A stretch of DNA of 60,210 bases, the filler included, from Actinomycetales bacterium (GTDB lineage Bacteria; Actinomycetota; Actinomycetes; Actinomycetales; CAVURS01): NCBI GenBank assembly GCA_045807245.1. It is 3 parts of 3 records of this genome, joined end to end, with 100 filler letters (N's around TTAATTAATTAA, not from the genome) between each part and the next. Parts side by side here need not be neighbours in the genome. Positions count along the whole stretch, not along the records: positions 15,534 to 39,820 come from JBJMHS010000087.1; positions 39,921 to 60,210 come from JBJMHS010000088.1; 1 more part is not named here. One strand, 5' to 3'. The notes beneath the pieces were generated by a model. The model saw nothing but the letters and a program-made list of their open reading frames with translations. It was not told the origin of the DNA and ran no database searches. A program made the position numbers and the translations under genes. Below are positions 28,218 to 43,464 of the stretch, piece after piece. Every line of letters starts with the position of its first letter. Position 1 is the stretch's first letter.

Positions 28218-29164
28218 CCGCTGTCGCGGTCGACTCCAAGAGGCAGGGCACGCAACGCGAGCACGACACGCTCCATGTCCCTCGGCCGCCACGCTGCACC
28301 GGGCGCGACGCCATGGGCGGCAGCCAGCTGGTCGACGCTCCACACGGTGAACGCTGCCGCAGCCGCGACGTCGACGGGAAGTGCCTCGGCGTCAGACGGA
28401 GCCAGGACGACGGCTCCGGCCGGGCTGTCGCGGATGATGTCCGCCAGGCCGGCCTGGCTCGCAGACAGGAGCGGCAGAGCCAGGGCGTGCGACACGTGCC
28501 GGCCGAGCTTCGCGCCCTGCTGGGTCTGACCGCCGAGCAGCCACAGCGCGATCGGGCGTGGGCTTGGCTCGGCGTACGGCCGGCCGGGCCACTCCTCCCG
28601 TGTGATCGCATAGCGGTGGTGATCGCGCCAGCGCTCGACACCCTCGCTGTCCGCGAGGTAGAGATATCGGGGCGAGTAGCCCTCGTGGCGCAGCCCCAGC
28701 GAGCGGAGCAGCCCCGCCGACGCGACGTTGCCCGGCTGCACGTTGGCCTCGACGCGGTGCAGCCCCATGCCGCCGTCCGCCTCGTCGCGGAGAGCCAGGT
28801 CGAGTACGAGCCGCAGTCCCTCGCCGAACCAGCCGCGGCCGGCATACGGGTCGTACGCGTCGTATCCCATTGCGACAGAACGGAACCGACCCCGTACCGC
28901 GTTCGTCAGGTTCGCTCGACCCACCAGCGGTTGGCCGGCCTCTGGCTCGTTGGCCAGGACCATGAAGGTCCGGTAGTCCGGCGACTGCGCGACGAGGTGG
29001 CGGCCGAGGTCGTCCGGGCTCACCGGGTTCCATCGGCGCAGGCGGTCCGCCGACAGCTGGACCGCCTGCCGGTAGGGCTCGATGTCCTCGGCCCGGACGG
29101 TCCGGACGTGGACGTGCGCGCCGGCGGCGGCCAGCTCAGGCGGCTCCGCCGGCCAGTCGGTCAT
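28214..29164 (-). CDS. RimJ/RimL-type GNAT acetyltransferase with an extra C-terminal domain
   Basis: VGRANLTNAVRGRF, GLHRVEANVQPGNVAS and WRDHHRYAIT. Confidence 0.8.
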   Translation of the reverse strand: MTDWPAEPPELAAAGAHVHVRTVRAEDIEPYRQAVQLSADRLRRWNPVSPDDLGRHLVAQSPDYRTFMVLANEPEAGQPLVGRANLTNAVRGRFRSVAMGYDAYDPYAGRGWFGEGLRLVLDLALRDEADGGMGLHRVEANVQPGNVASAGLLRSLGLRHEGYSPRYLYLADSEGVERWRDHHRYAITREEWPGRPYAEPSPRPIALWLLGGQTQQGAKLGRHVSHALALPLLSASQAGLADIIRDSPAGAVVLAPSDAEALPVDVAAAAAFTVWSVDQLAAAHGVAPGAAWRPRDMERVVLALRALPLGVDRDSG

Positions 29165-30255
29165 CGCACGACGCCGCGCAGCACGACCGCTCGCGGGTGG
29201 GCCAGCACGGCCGGGTCGACCCGCGGGTCGGCCGGGTAGACGACCAGGTCGGCGGCGTCGCCCTCGTCCAGTCCGGGCCAGCCGAGCCAGCGACGGGCCG
29301 ACCAGCAGGCGGCGTCGAGTGCGTCCACGGCGGTCAGCCCACTCGTCCTGAGCTCGGCGACCTCGGCGGCGACCAGCCCGTGCGCCAGCGAGCCCCCCGC
29401 ATCGGTGCCGACGAACACCGGGATGCCGGCGTCGTGCGCCTGCGCGACGGTGTCGTGGCGCCGGGCGTGCAGTGCGCGCATGCGATCCGCGTACGCCGGG
29501 AACCGGGCCTGCGCAGCCTCGGCGATGGACGGGAACGACGCGATGTTGACCAGGGTTGGCACGATCGGTACGCCGCGGTCGGCCAGCAGCGGGATGGTGT
29601 CAGCCGTGAGCCCGGTGCCGTGCTCGATGCAGTCGATGCCGGCCTCGACCAGGTCGGTGAGGCACTCCTCACCGAAGCAGTGCGCGGTGACCCGGGCGCC
29701 GTGCTCGTGGGCTGCGGCCATCGCGTCCTCGAGCGCCCACCGCGGCCAGCAGGGTGCGAGGTCGCCGACCTCGCGGTCGATCCAGTCGCCGACCAGCTTG
29801 ACCCAGCCGTCGCCGCTGCGCGCCTCCTGGGTGACGAAGGATGCGAGCTGGTCCGGTTCGATCTCGTGGGCGAAGCCGCGGAGGTACCGCCGCGGGCGCG
29901 CGAGATGTCGACCGGCCCGGACCAGTCGCGGCAGGTCCTCCCGCTCCTGGACCCAGCGGGTGTCGGCCGGCGAGCCGGCATCACGCAGGAGCAGCGCGCC
30001 GGCTGCACGCTCGTCGAGGGCCTGCCGCTCGCTCGTCGCGTTGTCGACGGCGCCGTGCGGGCCGAGACCGATGTGACAGTGCGCGTCGACCAGTCCGGGC
30101 AGCACCCAGCCCTCGATCGTCTCCACGGCGCTGCCGGAGCCGGCGCTGCCGGTCGGCCGGTCGTAGGTGATCCGGCCGTCGACGACCCAGGCTGGGCCAC
30201 GCTCGTCGTCCGGGCCGACCAGCACCGGGCCGGCCAGGCGCAGGACCGGGCTCAC
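29161..30255 (-). CDS. Amidohydrolase family protein
   Basis: PGLVDAHCH, WVKL, TAH, CIEHG, GTDAG and ADLVVY. Confidence 0.88.
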   Translation of the reverse strand: MSPVLRLAGPVLVGPDDERGPAWVVDGRITYDRPTGSAGSGSAVETIEGWVLPGLVDAHCHIGLGPHGAVDNATSERQALDERAAGALLLRDAGSPADTRWVQEREDLPRLVRAGRHLARPRRYLRGFAHEIEPDQLASFVTQEARSGDGWVKLVGDWIDREVGDLAPCWPRWALEDAMAAAHEHGARVTAHCFGEECLTDLVEAGIDCIEHGTGLTADTIPLLADRGVPIVPTLVNIASFPSIAEAAQARFPAYADRMRALHARRHDTVAQAHDAGIPVFVGTDAGGSLAHGLVAAEVAELRTSGLTAVDALDAACWSARRWLGWPGLDEGDAADLVVYPADPRVDPAVLAHPRAVVLRGVVR

Positions 30256-31904
30256 CTGCCGAGGAACTTGTCGAAGCCGGGGGGCAACGACACGGTCGAC
30301 GGGTCGACCTCGTCGGGAGCGCCGCCGTCGCCGCCCTGGCTCCCGGCGGCAGCTGCCCCGGGACCGAACGCGCTGCCGAGCGCGCGGTCGATGCTCTGCT
30401 CCGTGCGCTGGTCAGTGCGCTCGGCGGCGGCGCGCTCCTGCTCGGCACGCTTCGCGGGGTTGCCGCTGCGACCCGAGGTGCGCTTCTTGCCCTTGCCCTT
30501 GGCCTTGCGCCCGGGTCCACTCAGACCCGCAGCTCCGCCGAGGCCGCCCATGCCGGGCAGTCCGGGCAGGCCACCGCCACGGCGCAGCTGCTTCATCATC
30601 TTCTGTGCGCCGGCCAGGCGCTCGACCAGGTCGTTGACGTCGGCGACGGTCCGGCCGGCGCCTCGGGCGATCCGGGCCCGGCGCGAGCCGTTGAGCAGCT
30701 TCGGGTGCGCGCGTTCCTGCGGTGTCATCGAGCGGACCATCGCCTCGGCCCGGTCGAACTCGCGCTCGTCGAGGTTGTCGAGCTGCTCCCGCAGCCCGGC
30801 CATGCCCGGCATCATGCCCAGCATCTTCTTGAGCGAGCCCATCTGCTTCACGGCCGCCATCTGGGCCAGGAAGTCGTCGAAGGTGAAATCCTCCTCGGCG
30901 ACCAGCTTGCGGGCCATCTGTTCGGCCTGCTCACGGTCGAACGCGCGCTCCGCCTGCTCGATCAGGGTCAGGACGTCACCCATGTCGAGGATGCGCGAGG
31001 CCATCCGGTCGGGGTGGAAGGTCTCGAAGTCCTCGAGCTTCTCCCCGGTCGACGCGAACATGATCGGCTGGCCAGTGACGGTGCGGACGGACAACGCGGC
31101 ACCGCCTCGCGCGTCGCCGTCCAGCTTGGTGAGGACGACGCCGGTGAAGCCGACGCCTTCCATGAAGGCCTGCGCCGTCGTCACGGCGTCCTGCCCGATC
31201 ATCGCGTCGACGACGAACAGGACCTCGTCGGGAGACACGGCGGCGCGGATGTCGGCCGCCTGCTGCATCAGCTCGGCGTCGACGCCGAGCCGGCCCGCGG
31301 TGTCGACGATGACGACGTCGTACTGGTCCGCCCGCGCTTTGGCCAGGCCGTCGCTCGCCACGCGGACCGGGTCGCCGAACGAACGCACGCCGTCGTCGCT
31401 GCCGCTGACGTTGCCCGGCTCCGGCGCGAACACGGTCGCCCCGGCGCGCTCCCCGACGATCTGCAGCTGGGTCACCGCGTTGGGGCGCTGGAGGTCGGCG
31501 GCGACGAGCAGCGGGGTGTGACCTTCGGACCGCAGCCAGCGGGCGAGCTTGCCCGCGAGCGTGGTCTTGCCGGACCCCTGGAGCCCGGCCAGCATGATCA
31601 CGGTCGGTGGCGTCTTCGCGAACGCCAGCCGGCGGGTCTGGCCACCCAGCACCGTGACGAGCTCGTCGTGGACGATCTTGACGACCTGCTGGGCCGGGTT
31701 GAGCGCCCCGCTGGACGCGGCGCCGACCGCCTGCTCCCGCACCGTCTCGGTGAACTCGCGCACGACCGGCAGCGCGACATCGGCGTCGAGCAGGGCCAGC
31801 CGGATCTCGCGCACGGTGGCGGCGATGTCCTGCTCGGACAGCCGGCCCTTCGTCCGCAGGTTCTTGAGGGTTGCGGTGAGCCGGTCGGAGAGGGAGGCGA
31901 ACAC
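30252..31904 (-). CDS. ffh: Signal recognition particle protein
   Basis: GLQGSGKTT, DTAGR, TKLDGDARGGAALS and M domain SMTPQER...SRRARIARG. Confidence 0.97.
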   Translation of the reverse strand: MFASLSDRLTATLKNLRTKGRLSEQDIAATVREIRLALLDADVALPVVREFTETVREQAVGAASSGALNPAQQVVKIVHDELVTVLGGQTRRLAFAKTPPTVIMLAGLQGSGKTTLAGKLARWLRSEGHTPLLVAADLQRPNAVTQLQIVGERAGATVFAPEPGNVSGSDDGVRSFGDPVRVASDGLAKARADQYDVVIVDTAGRLGVDAELMQQAADIRAAVSPDEVLFVVDAMIGQDAVTTAQAFMEGVGFTGVVLTKLDGDARGGAALSVRTVTGQPIMFASTGEKLEDFETFHPDRMASRILDMGDVLTLIEQAERAFDREQAEQMARKLVAEEDFTFDDFLAQMAAVKQMGSLKKMLGMMPGMAGLREQLDNLDEREFDRAEAMVRSMTPQERAHPKLLNGSRRARIARGAGRTVADVNDLVERLAGAQKMMKQLRRGGGLPGLPGMGGLGGAAGLSGPGRKAKGKGKKRTSGRSGNPAKRAEQERAAAERTDQRTEQSIDRALGSAFGPGAAAAGSQGGDGGAPDEVDPSTVSLPPGFDKFLGR

Positions 31905-31934
31905 GGGGTCAAGGGTAACGACGAGGAGGCGGGG

Positions 31935-36036
<4,102 letters not shown>

Positions 36037-36139
36037 CCGGATCCTTTCGGTCCCCTGCTGGTCATCGGCAGGGATAGGAGACAGTCGTTCGGCGCCACGA
36101 CGATGGGACGACCGCTGCCCAGCACGATGGACGGGCGCG

Positions 36140-36208
36140 GTTACAGGGCGCAACGCGACGTGTTACAGGCGTGTGACGTAGCGCCTGCCCCGGTGAAACC
36201 GGCGTTAC
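36140..36208 (-). promoter_or_regulatory. GlnR boxes upstream of amtB
   Basis: Minus strand GTAAC-n6-TTCAC, GTCAC-n6-GTAAC and a further GTAAC; GTnAC pentamers at 11/22-bp spacing. Confidence 0.7.
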
Positions 36209-36215
36209 GAGCCGG

Positions 36216-38333
36216 TCAGGTCCCGCGGCCCACGACCGCCGTGTGGCCCTCGACGGCCAGGCAGAAGTCGGTGCTGGCACACGAGACCAGGCCGAGGTTG
36301 ATCGCGTCGCTCGCCGTCTGCGTCCACGCTTCGCCGTCATAGGTGTAGGCGTTCGGTGAGTACTGACCGGTGACCAGGCAGAAGGTGCTCGACCGGCAGA
36401 TCACCGACGTGAAGTTGTCTGCCGAGAGGGCGATGTGCGTGTTCGCGGACCATGTGGTGGCGTCCCGCGTCGCCACGTCCCCGTTGTCATCAGCAGCGAC
36501 ACAGAAGGACGAGGAAGCGCATCCCATGTGCGGCTCGACCATGGTCACGGGAGCCGCCGGCACCCACTGCGCACCGGGGGTGCCCGTCCACTCGTCGGTC
36601 GAGCCGTCGAAGCGCATGACCGCGCAGTAGGTCGACGACGGGCAGGTGTAGCTCTCGGCGACCGGAGGGAACGCGTTGGGCGAGTCCGAGGTGTCACCGG
36701 CGCTGGACCAGGTTGTCCCGTTGTAGGTCGCGGACCGCCCGCGGTCGGCGGCGACGCAGAATGTTGTCGTAAGGCAACCGATGAACTTCAGGTCTTGGCC
36801 GATCTCGACGGGCGGTGACCACGACGAGCCGTTGAACACCTGGGCGAACCCCCAGTCGATGGCCACGCAGAACGTGCTGCTGACACAGGAGATGTCGACG
36901 ATGGGTCCGAGCTGAAGCGTCACCGGAGACGACCAGCCGGCCGCCGTTCGGGTCAGTACGGTGCCGGTTGCCCTGTCCGTGCCGACCATGCAGAACGTGG
37001 ACGACGCACACGACACGGCGGTCGCAGTACCGACCAGCGTGCTGATGTTCTCCGAGCCGCGGAAATGCACGGCCGGCCAGGGGATGTACGACCCCGATAC
37101 GTCGGCGATGACCGAGATGCTGTTGGCCGAGCCGTTGATGAACGCGATGTGTCCGTCGTCGTCGGGTCGCACGATGACCATGTTGGCCACGGTCTGGTGT
37201 GCCGTGAAGTTCAGGTTGGACGTCAAGGGGTTGAGCTGGGCCTGGCGGCTCACCGTGAGGTAGCCGCTCGATGTCGTACCCGTGACGGTCACGTTCAGCG
37301 CTACGGCGGCTCCGCCGTACGGCGGCAGCCCGCCCTTGGCGTTCACGTCGAGGAGACGTGTGCCGTGCGCAGGAATGGCCTGCGCGATCCCGAGGCCGGT
37401 GCGCGTATCCATGATCCGCTGCGGGGACAACGGTACGAAGGTGCCGCTCCGCGTGGCTGACCCGCCCAGGACGTACCCGAAGACGTCGGCGACCAGCCGG
37501 ACGGACCCGTCGGAGCCGTTGTAGAAGTCGACACTGCCACCTGCGCCGAGCTTGAGGGCGGTCAGGTTCGCGACGGTGCGCCCGGCCGGGAAGTTGAGGG
37601 TCGAGGTGACCGGCCGGGTGGTGCCGGTCGGGAACGTCGTGAGGTACCCGGACGCCTGAGGCGCGGCCGCGGTCACGTTCATGACGACGGCCGAGACGCC
37701 GGTCGCCGGCACACCTCCTTGACCGGCGACAGCCACACTGGCGGTGTGGCGGGCAGCCGCGGACGAGGCCGGCGCGCCGAGGTCGATGGCCGTGTCGAGG
37801 ATGCGCGCCGGGGCGAGTGACTGCAGTGCACCCGGGTCCGTGGGGGTACCCGACTCGTAGTAGCCGGAGATGTCAGCGATGAGGCGCGCCGACCCAGCGG
37901 AGGAGTTGTAGAGGCTGATCTTGCCGCCGCTCCCGACCGGCACCACCGCGAGGTTGGGAACCGTGTGCCCGGTCGTGAAGTTCAGGTTGGAGGTGCGTGG
38001 CCGAGTTGTGCCGAAGGGGTACGCCGTCAGGTAGCCGCCGCGCTGCGGCGATGCGACGGTGAGGTTGACGACGACCGCCCCGACTCCGGAGGCAGGGATC
38101 CCGTACTTCCCGACGGCCGTGAACGTGACGGTCGCGCCGGCCGGCGCTGTGGTGTAGAGGAAGCGGGCGGGCGCGATGGCGTGGAACACGCCCGGATGCG
38201 ACACCGGCGCCACTGCTGCGGCCGCCGCGACCGCGCCAGGCTGACCCGGCGTCGCCACGACGGACCCCATGACGAGGGCGGTGGCGAGCGCCAGTCCGAC
38301 CCGGTGTCGCACGGCGAGACCTTCATTTCGCAC
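36216..38333 (-). CDS. Secreted protein: three repeated beta-rich domains plus Cys-paired repeat region
   Basis: Signal peptide; three repeats of VxNxTv...GYLT...TSxLNF...TVxN...AD(I/V)xGY; about seven SCxSxTFCxA repeats. Confidence 0.8.
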   Translation of the reverse strand: MRNEGLAVRHRVGLALATALVMGSVVATPGQPGAVAAAAAVAPVSHPGVFHAIAPARFLYTTAPAGATVTFTAVGKYGIPASGVGAVVVNLTVASPQRGGYLTAYPFGTTRPRTSNLNFTTGHTVPNLAVVPVGSGGKISLYNSSAGSARLIADISGYYESGTPTDPGALQSLAPARILDTAIDLGAPASSAAARHTASVAVAGQGGVPATGVSAVVMNVTAAAPQASGYLTTFPTGTTRPVTSTLNFPAGRTVANLTALKLGAGGSVDFYNGSDGSVRLVADVFGYVLGGSATRSGTFVPLSPQRIMDTRTGLGIAQAIPAHGTRLLDVNAKGGLPPYGGAAVALNVTVTGTTSSGYLTVSRQAQLNPLTSNLNFTAHQTVANMVIVRPDDDGHIAFINGSANSISVIADVSGSYIPWPAVHFRGSENISTLVGTATAVSCASSTFCMVGTDRATGTVLTRTAAGWSSPVTLQLGPIVDISCVSSTFCVAIDWGFAQVFNGSSWSPPVEIGQDLKFIGCLTTTFCVAADRGRSATYNGTTWSSAGDTSDSPNAFPPVAESYTCPSSTYCAVMRFDGSTDEWTGTPGAQWVPAAPVTMVEPHMGCASSSFCVAADDNGDVATRDATTWSANTHIALSADNFTSVICRSSTFCLVTGQYSPNAYTYDGEAWTQTASDAINLGLVSCASTDFCLAVEGHTAVVGRGT

Positions 38334-38434
38334 CTGCTACCCCCTGCACTCGACGCCCGCCTGGCGGCCCAGGGCAGCGAAACCGTAGTGGTTCGGTCTG
38401 GACTCCGTCCAGGAGCTCAACCGAAGTGCCCGGG

Positions 38435-39094
38435 TCAGGACAGGCGGTGCTCGACCGCCTTGCGGATCGCCAGGACTTCGGTCCGGCCCGCCTGGCCGCG
38501 AGCGGTGACCATGACCAGGCCCTCGGCGCCGCGGTCGACGTACGCGCACACCGTCACGGTCGTCGACTCGATAGGCAAGGTTCCGCAGGACATCTGGCCG
38601 CCCATCGGACCGGCGTTCACCGGCGTCAGCCGTCCACCTCTCTTGTGCAAGGAGTCCGCGAACTCCTTCATCTCCGTGGCCTCGCCGCGCGTGTCAAGGT
38701 GCACCGCAGCTGCACCGACGACCGCCTCCAGGCCGCCGGCCCGGCTGTAGCCCGCGAGCCTGGCCTCGAAGCCCTTCGGCAGCACCGAGGCCATCTGCGC
38801 GCGCTGCGTCTCGAAACCACTGTCGACGCGCGTCAGGTGGCCGATCTGGCGCGGGAAGACGACCGTCGTCTCGGCGCTGGTCGCGGCGTGGCGGGCGCTG
38901 TACGGGCTCGTCGGGAACAGGTAGTGCGTCGCGACCTTGTAGCCGGCGTACCCGAGCAGGAGGGTGGCCGCGAGCACGATCATCAGGACTACCGGGCCCC
39001 AGCCGCTCTTCGTCCGCACCTGCGACGCGCCGGCGCCGTCAGGGTCGCCGACGCTCGCGTAGGGGACCTGCATCAGATCTGGCTCGGACGACAT
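38435..39094 (-). CDS. Hypothetical single-pass membrane protein
   Basis: TM segment WGPVVLMIVLAATLLLGYAGY; C-terminal AGPMGGQMSC...CAYVD. Start uncertain. Confidence 0.7.
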   Translation of the reverse strand: MSSEPDLMQVPYASVGDPDGAGASQVRTKSGWGPVVLMIVLAATLLLGYAGYKVATHYLFPTSPYSARHAATSAETTVVFPRQIGHLTRVDSGFETQRAQMASVLPKGFEARLAGYSRAGGLEAVVGAAAVHLDTRGEATEMKEFADSLHKRGGRLTPVNAGPMGGQMSCGTLPIESTTVTVCAYVDRGAEGLVMVTARGQAGRTEVLAIRKAVEHRLS

Positions 39095-39200
39095 CTGGCT
39101 AGCACATCGCCTCACCCCGGCCACGGTCGAGAGCAACCGAGCGGTTGTGGCCGAACGGACGATGCGACTCGGTCCGAAGGTGCTACGCAGACCGCGTCGG

Positions 39201-39820
39201 TCAGTCGAGCAGCGCGGCCACGAACGTCTCGGCGTCGAACGGCGCGAGGTCGTCCGGGCCTTCGCCGAGGCCGACCAGCTTCACCGGCACGCCGAGCTCG
39301 CGTTGCACCGCGACGACGATGCCGCCCTTGGCCGTACCGTCCAGCTTGGTCAGCACGATGCCGGTGACGTCGACGACCTCGGCGAACACCTTGGCCTGGC
39401 GCAGGCCGTTCTGACCGGTGGTCGCGTCCAGGACGAGCAGCACCTCGTCGACCGGGCCATGCCGCTCGATCACGCGCTTGACCTTGCCCAGCTCGTCCAT
39501 CAGGCCGGCCTTGTTCTGCAGCCGTCCCGCCGTGTCGATCAGCACCACGTCCGCGCCGTCGTCGATCCCGGTCTGTACAGCGTCGAAGGCCACTGCCGCC
39601 GGGTCGGAGCCGTCCCGGTCCGACCGGACCGTCGGCACTCCGACCCGCGCGCCCCAAGTCTCCAGCTGGTCCGCCGCGGCGGCCCGGAACGTGTCCGCAG
39701 CGCCCAGCACGACGCTCTCGTTCTCGGCGACCAGCACGCGCGCCAGCTTGCCGATGGTCGTGGTCTTGCCGGTGCCGTTGACCCCGACCACGAGGACGAC
39801 AGCGGGCCGCGCCTCGTGCC
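39201..39820 (-). CDS. ftsY: SRP receptor FtsY (5' part lost in the gap)
   Basis: GVNGTGKTTT, DTFRAAA, DTAGRL and TKLDGTAKGG. Confidence 0.95.
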
Positions 39821-39920
39821 NNNNNNNNNNNNNNNNNNNNNNNNNNNNNNNNNNNNNNNNNNNNTTAATTAATTAANNNNNNNNNNNNNNNNNNNNNNNN
39901 NNNNNNNNNNNNNNNNNNNN
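39821..39920. other. Assembly gap / artificial linker
   Basis: N runs flanking TTAATTAATTAA. Confidence 0.97.
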
Positions 39921-40849
39921 ACCAGGCTCGTGAGGAGCGGATCCTGCGGCTGGAGGAGCTGCGCCGGCGCTGGGACGAGGAGCGGGCCAAGCTCAAGGCG
40001 CTGGTGCTCATGTACCGGCAGAAGGCGTCGTACAACGACGGCATGGCCAGCCGCCTGCAGGCGGCCGAGACCCGGTTGGCCAAGTTCGACGAGATCGGCC
40101 CGCCGGAGGAGCGGCCGCGCGAGCAGAACGTGAAGATGCGCCTGCGCGGCGGGCGGACCGGCAAGCGAGCGCTCGTCTGCCAGCAGGTGGAGCTCTCCGG
40201 GCTGATGCGCCCGTTCGACCTGGAGGTCTGGTACGGCGAGCGGGTAGCGGTGCTCGGCTCCAACGGCTCCGGCAAATCGCACTTCCTGCGCCTGCTGGCC
40301 CGCGGCGGGAGCGACCCGGACCGAGAGCACCGCCCGGTCGAGGACCTGGACATCCCGCCGGTCGCGCACAGCGGAGTCGCCCGGCTCGGAGCCCGGGTGC
40401 GGCCCGGCTGGTTCGCCCAGACCCACGAGCACGCCGAGCTCGGCGGTCGCACGTTGCTGGAGATCCTGCACCGGGGGGACGAGCACCGGGACGGCATGGG
40501 CCGCGAGCTGGCCGCCCGGGCCCTGGACCGGTACGAGCTGGCCGGGGCCAGCGAGCAGACCTTCGACTCGCTGTCCGGCGGTCAGCAGGCCCGGCTGCAG
40601 ATCCTGCTGCTCGAGCTGTCCGGCGCGACGATGCTGCTGCTCGACGAGCCGACCGACAACCTCGACCTGCACTCGGCGGAGGCGCTCGAGGCCGGCCTGG
40701 AGCGCTTCGAGGGCACGGTGCTGGCCGTCACCCACGACCGCTGGTTCGCGCGTGGTTTCGACCGGTTCCTGGTGTTCGGTGCCGATGGTGAGGTCTACGA
40801 GGCGCCGGAGCCGGTCTGGGACGAGGGCCGGGTCGCCCGAGAACGGTGA
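39921..40849 (+). CDS. ABC-F family ATP-binding protein (5' part lost in the gap)
   Basis: Coiled linker followed by GSNGSGKS, LSGGQ, LLLDEPTDNLD and VTHDRWF. Confidence 0.85.
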
Positions 40850-40916
40850 CACAGACCGGTGAGGGGGCCGGCTGAGCACGGTCGGGTGGGCACCGGGGTC
40901 GCCCGCAGGACGCGTT

Positions 40917-40946
40917 TTGACCCTCTGAGCAGGCCACGGGTACTCT
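40917..40946 (+). promoter_or_regulatory. Housekeeping sigma promoter of rplM-rpsI
   Basis: TTGACC-N18-TACTCT. Confidence 0.65.
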
Positions 40947-41042
40947 CAAGGGTCGCCGCGAGCACCGGTCTGAGCACAGCCCTGTGCACAGTCCGAGCCC
41001 GGCGGATCCCGACTGACCACCTTGCGAACGAAGGCTATGACC

Positions 41043-41486
41043 GTGCGTACGTACACCCCGAAGGCCGGCGACGCGCAGCGTCAGTGGCTCGTCATCGACG
41101 CCACGGACGTCGTGCTCGGCCGGCTGGCGAGCCAGGTGGCCGTGCTGCTCCGCGGCAAGCACAAGCCGACGTTCGCCCCGCACGTCGACATGGGCGACTT
41201 CGTGGTCATCGTCAACGCGGACAAGGTCGCGCTCACCGGCGCGAAGCTGGAGCAGAAGCGCGCCTACCGCCACTCCGGCTACCCCGGCGGCCTGAAGTCG
41301 CGGACCTACGCCGAGATGCTCGACAAGCACCCGGCCAAGGCGGTCGAGAAGGCCGTGCGCGGGATGCTCCCCAAGAACTCCATCGGCCGGGCCCAGCTGA
41401 GCAAGCTGAAGGTCTACGCCGGCCCCGACCACCCGCACCAGGCCCAGCAGCCGCAGCCGTACGAGATCACCCAGGTCGCGCAGTAA
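41043..41486 (+). CDS. rplM: 50S ribosomal protein L13
   Basis: [24 protein letters not shown] and HSGYPGG. Confidence 0.97.
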   Translation: MRTYTPKAGDAQRQWLVIDATDVVLGRLASQVAVLLRGKHKPTFAPHVDMGDFVVIVNADKVALTGAKLEQKRAYRHSGYPGGLKSRTYAEMLDKHPAKAVEKAVRGMLPKNSIGRAQLSKLKVYAGPDHPHQAQQPQPYEITQVAQ

Positions 41487-41524
41487 GCGCAGCAAGCCCG
41501 ACAGGCAGCACAGAAGGAGAACGC

Positions 41525-42034
41525 GTGGCCCAGTCCACCGACACGTACGAGGCCGACGTCGAGGCCGGCTTCGACGACGACGCTCCCACCAGCTACACGA
41601 GCGAGTCGTCCGACCCCGCCGCGCAGGTGCGCCGCCCGAGCGCGTCGGGACCCGGTGCCGCGACCGGCCGCCGCAAGGAGGCCATCGCGCGCGTCCGCAT
41701 CGTCCCCGGCTCCGGCCGCTGGACCGTCAACGGGCGTGAGCTGGACGCGTACTTTCCGAACAAGCTGCACCAGCAGGCGGTCAACGAGCCGTTCAAGGTG
41801 CTCGAGCTCGACGGCGCGTACGACGTCGTGGCCCGGGTGCACGGCGGCGGCGTCTCCGGCCAGGCCGGCGCGTTGCGGCTCGGCATCGCCCGGGCCCTGA
41901 ACGAGGTCGACTCCGAGGCGAACCGGCCGCTGCTGAAGCGGGCCGGCTTCCTCACCCGCGACGCGCGGATCAAGGAGCGCAAGAAGGCCGGGCTCAAGAA
42001 GGCCCGCAAGGCTCCGCAGTACTCCAAGCGCTGA
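41525..42034 (+). CDS. rpsI: 30S ribosomal protein S9
   Basis: [21 protein letters not shown] and [13 protein letters not shown] follows AAGGAG. Confidence 0.97.
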   Translation: MAQSTDTYEADVEAGFDDDAPTSYTSESSDPAAQVRRPSASGPGAATGRRKEAIARVRIVPGSGRWTVNGRELDAYFPNKLHQQAVNEPFKVLELDGAYDVVARVHGGGVSGQAGALRLGIARALNEVDSEANRPLLKRAGFLTRDARIKERKKAGLKKARKAPQYSKR

Positions 42035-42114
42035 CGTATCCACCACCAGCCGTCTGCCCGTAGCGTGTCCGCGGCGGAGTCGGCAGGAACCTGCGGCAGT
42101 CGTGGAGGCCAGTA

Positions 42115-43464
42115 GTGGCAAGCATTTTCGGCACCGACGGGGTCCGCGGGCTGGCCAACGTCGACGTGACGGCCGAGCTGGCACTTGACCTGTCCGTCGC
42201 CGCCGCGCACGTCCTCGGTGACGCCGGCGCGTTCGAGGGACACCGTCCCCGCGCCGTCGTCGGCCGGGACACCCGGGCCTCCGGTGAGTTCCTCTCCGCG
42301 GCCGTCGTGGCCGGTCTGGCCAGCGCGGGTGTCGACGTGTTCGACGCAGGCGTGTTGCCGACACCGGCCATCGCCTTCCTGACCGGGGAGTTCGGCGCCG
42401 ACCTCGGCGTCATGCTGTCGGCGTCGCACAACCCGATGCCGGACAACGGGATCAAGTTCTTCGCCCGCGGTGGCTACAAGCTCGCCGACGAGCTCGAGGA
42501 CGCGATCGAGCAGCGGATGCGTGAGGACTGGCAGCGGCCGGTCGGCGCCGATGTGGGCCGGATCCAGCCGTACGACGACGCGGCCGGCAGCTACGTGCGC
42601 TACCTGCTCTCGGTGCTGCCCCACCGGCTGGACGGGCTCAAGGTCGTCGTCGACTGTGCGAACGGCGCGGCCAGCCACGTCGCACCCGCCGCCCTGCGGG
42701 CCGCAGGCGCCGAGGTCGTCGTGATCGGCGCGTCACCGGACGGGCTGAACATCAACGAGGACTCCGGCTCCACCCATCTTGAAGGCCTGCGCAAGGCGGT
42801 CGTCGAGCACGGCGCGGACGTCGGCATCGCGTACGACGGCGATGCGGACCGCTGCCTGGCCGTCGACGCCGCAGGCGAGGTCGTCGACGGCGACCAGATC
42901 ATGGCGGTCCTCGCCCTGTCCTTCCGCGACCGGGGCCGGCTGGCTCACGACACGCTCGTGGCCACTGTGATGAGCAACCTGGGTCTGCTGCTCGCGATGG
43001 AGGCCGAGGGGATCGCGGTGCGCCAGACCGCTGTCGGCGACCGCTACGTCCTGGAGGAGATGCGGACCGGCGGGTTCAACCTCGGCGGCGAGCAGAGCGG
43101 CCACGTGGTGATGACCGACCACGCCACGACGGGTGACGGCATGCTCACCGGCCTCATGCTGCTGGCCCGGATGGCGGAGACCGGCCGGCCGTTAGCCGCG
43201 TTGTCGTCGGTCGTCGAGCGGCTGCCGCAGGTGCTGGTCAACGTGGCCGACGTCGACAAGGCACGGGCCGACGACGACGAGCAGGTCGCCGCGGCCGTCG
43301 CCGACGCGCGGCACGAGCTGGGTCAGCGCGGCCGCGTCCTGCTGCGGCCGTCCGGCACCGAGGCCCTGGTCCGGGTCATGGTCGAGGCCAGCGACCCCCA
43401 GCAGGCGCAGGCCGTCGCGGACCGCCTGGCCCTGGTCGTACGGGAACGCCTGGCGCTGTCGTGA
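42115..43464 (+). CDS. glmM: Phosphoglucosamine mutase
   Basis: [20 protein letters not shown] and GGEQSGH. Confidence 0.95.
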   Translation: MASIFGTDGVRGLANVDVTAELALDLSVAAAHVLGDAGAFEGHRPRAVVGRDTRASGEFLSAAVVAGLASAGVDVFDAGVLPTPAIAFLTGEFGADLGVMLSASHNPMPDNGIKFFARGGYKLADELEDAIEQRMREDWQRPVGADVGRIQPYDDAAGSYVRYLLSVLPHRLDGLKVVVDCANGAASHVAPAALRAAGAEVVVIGASPDGLNINEDSGSTHLEGLRKAVVEHGADVGIAYDGDADRCLAVDAAGEVVDGDQIMAVLALSFRDRGRLAHDTLVATVMSNLGLLLAMEAEGIAVRQTAVGDRYVLEEMRTGGFNLGGEQSGHVVMTDHATTGDGMLTGLMLLARMAETGRPLAALSSVVERLPQVLVNVADVDKARADDDEQVAAAVADARHELGQRGRVLLRPSGTEALVRVMVEASDPQQAQAVADRLALVVRERLALS

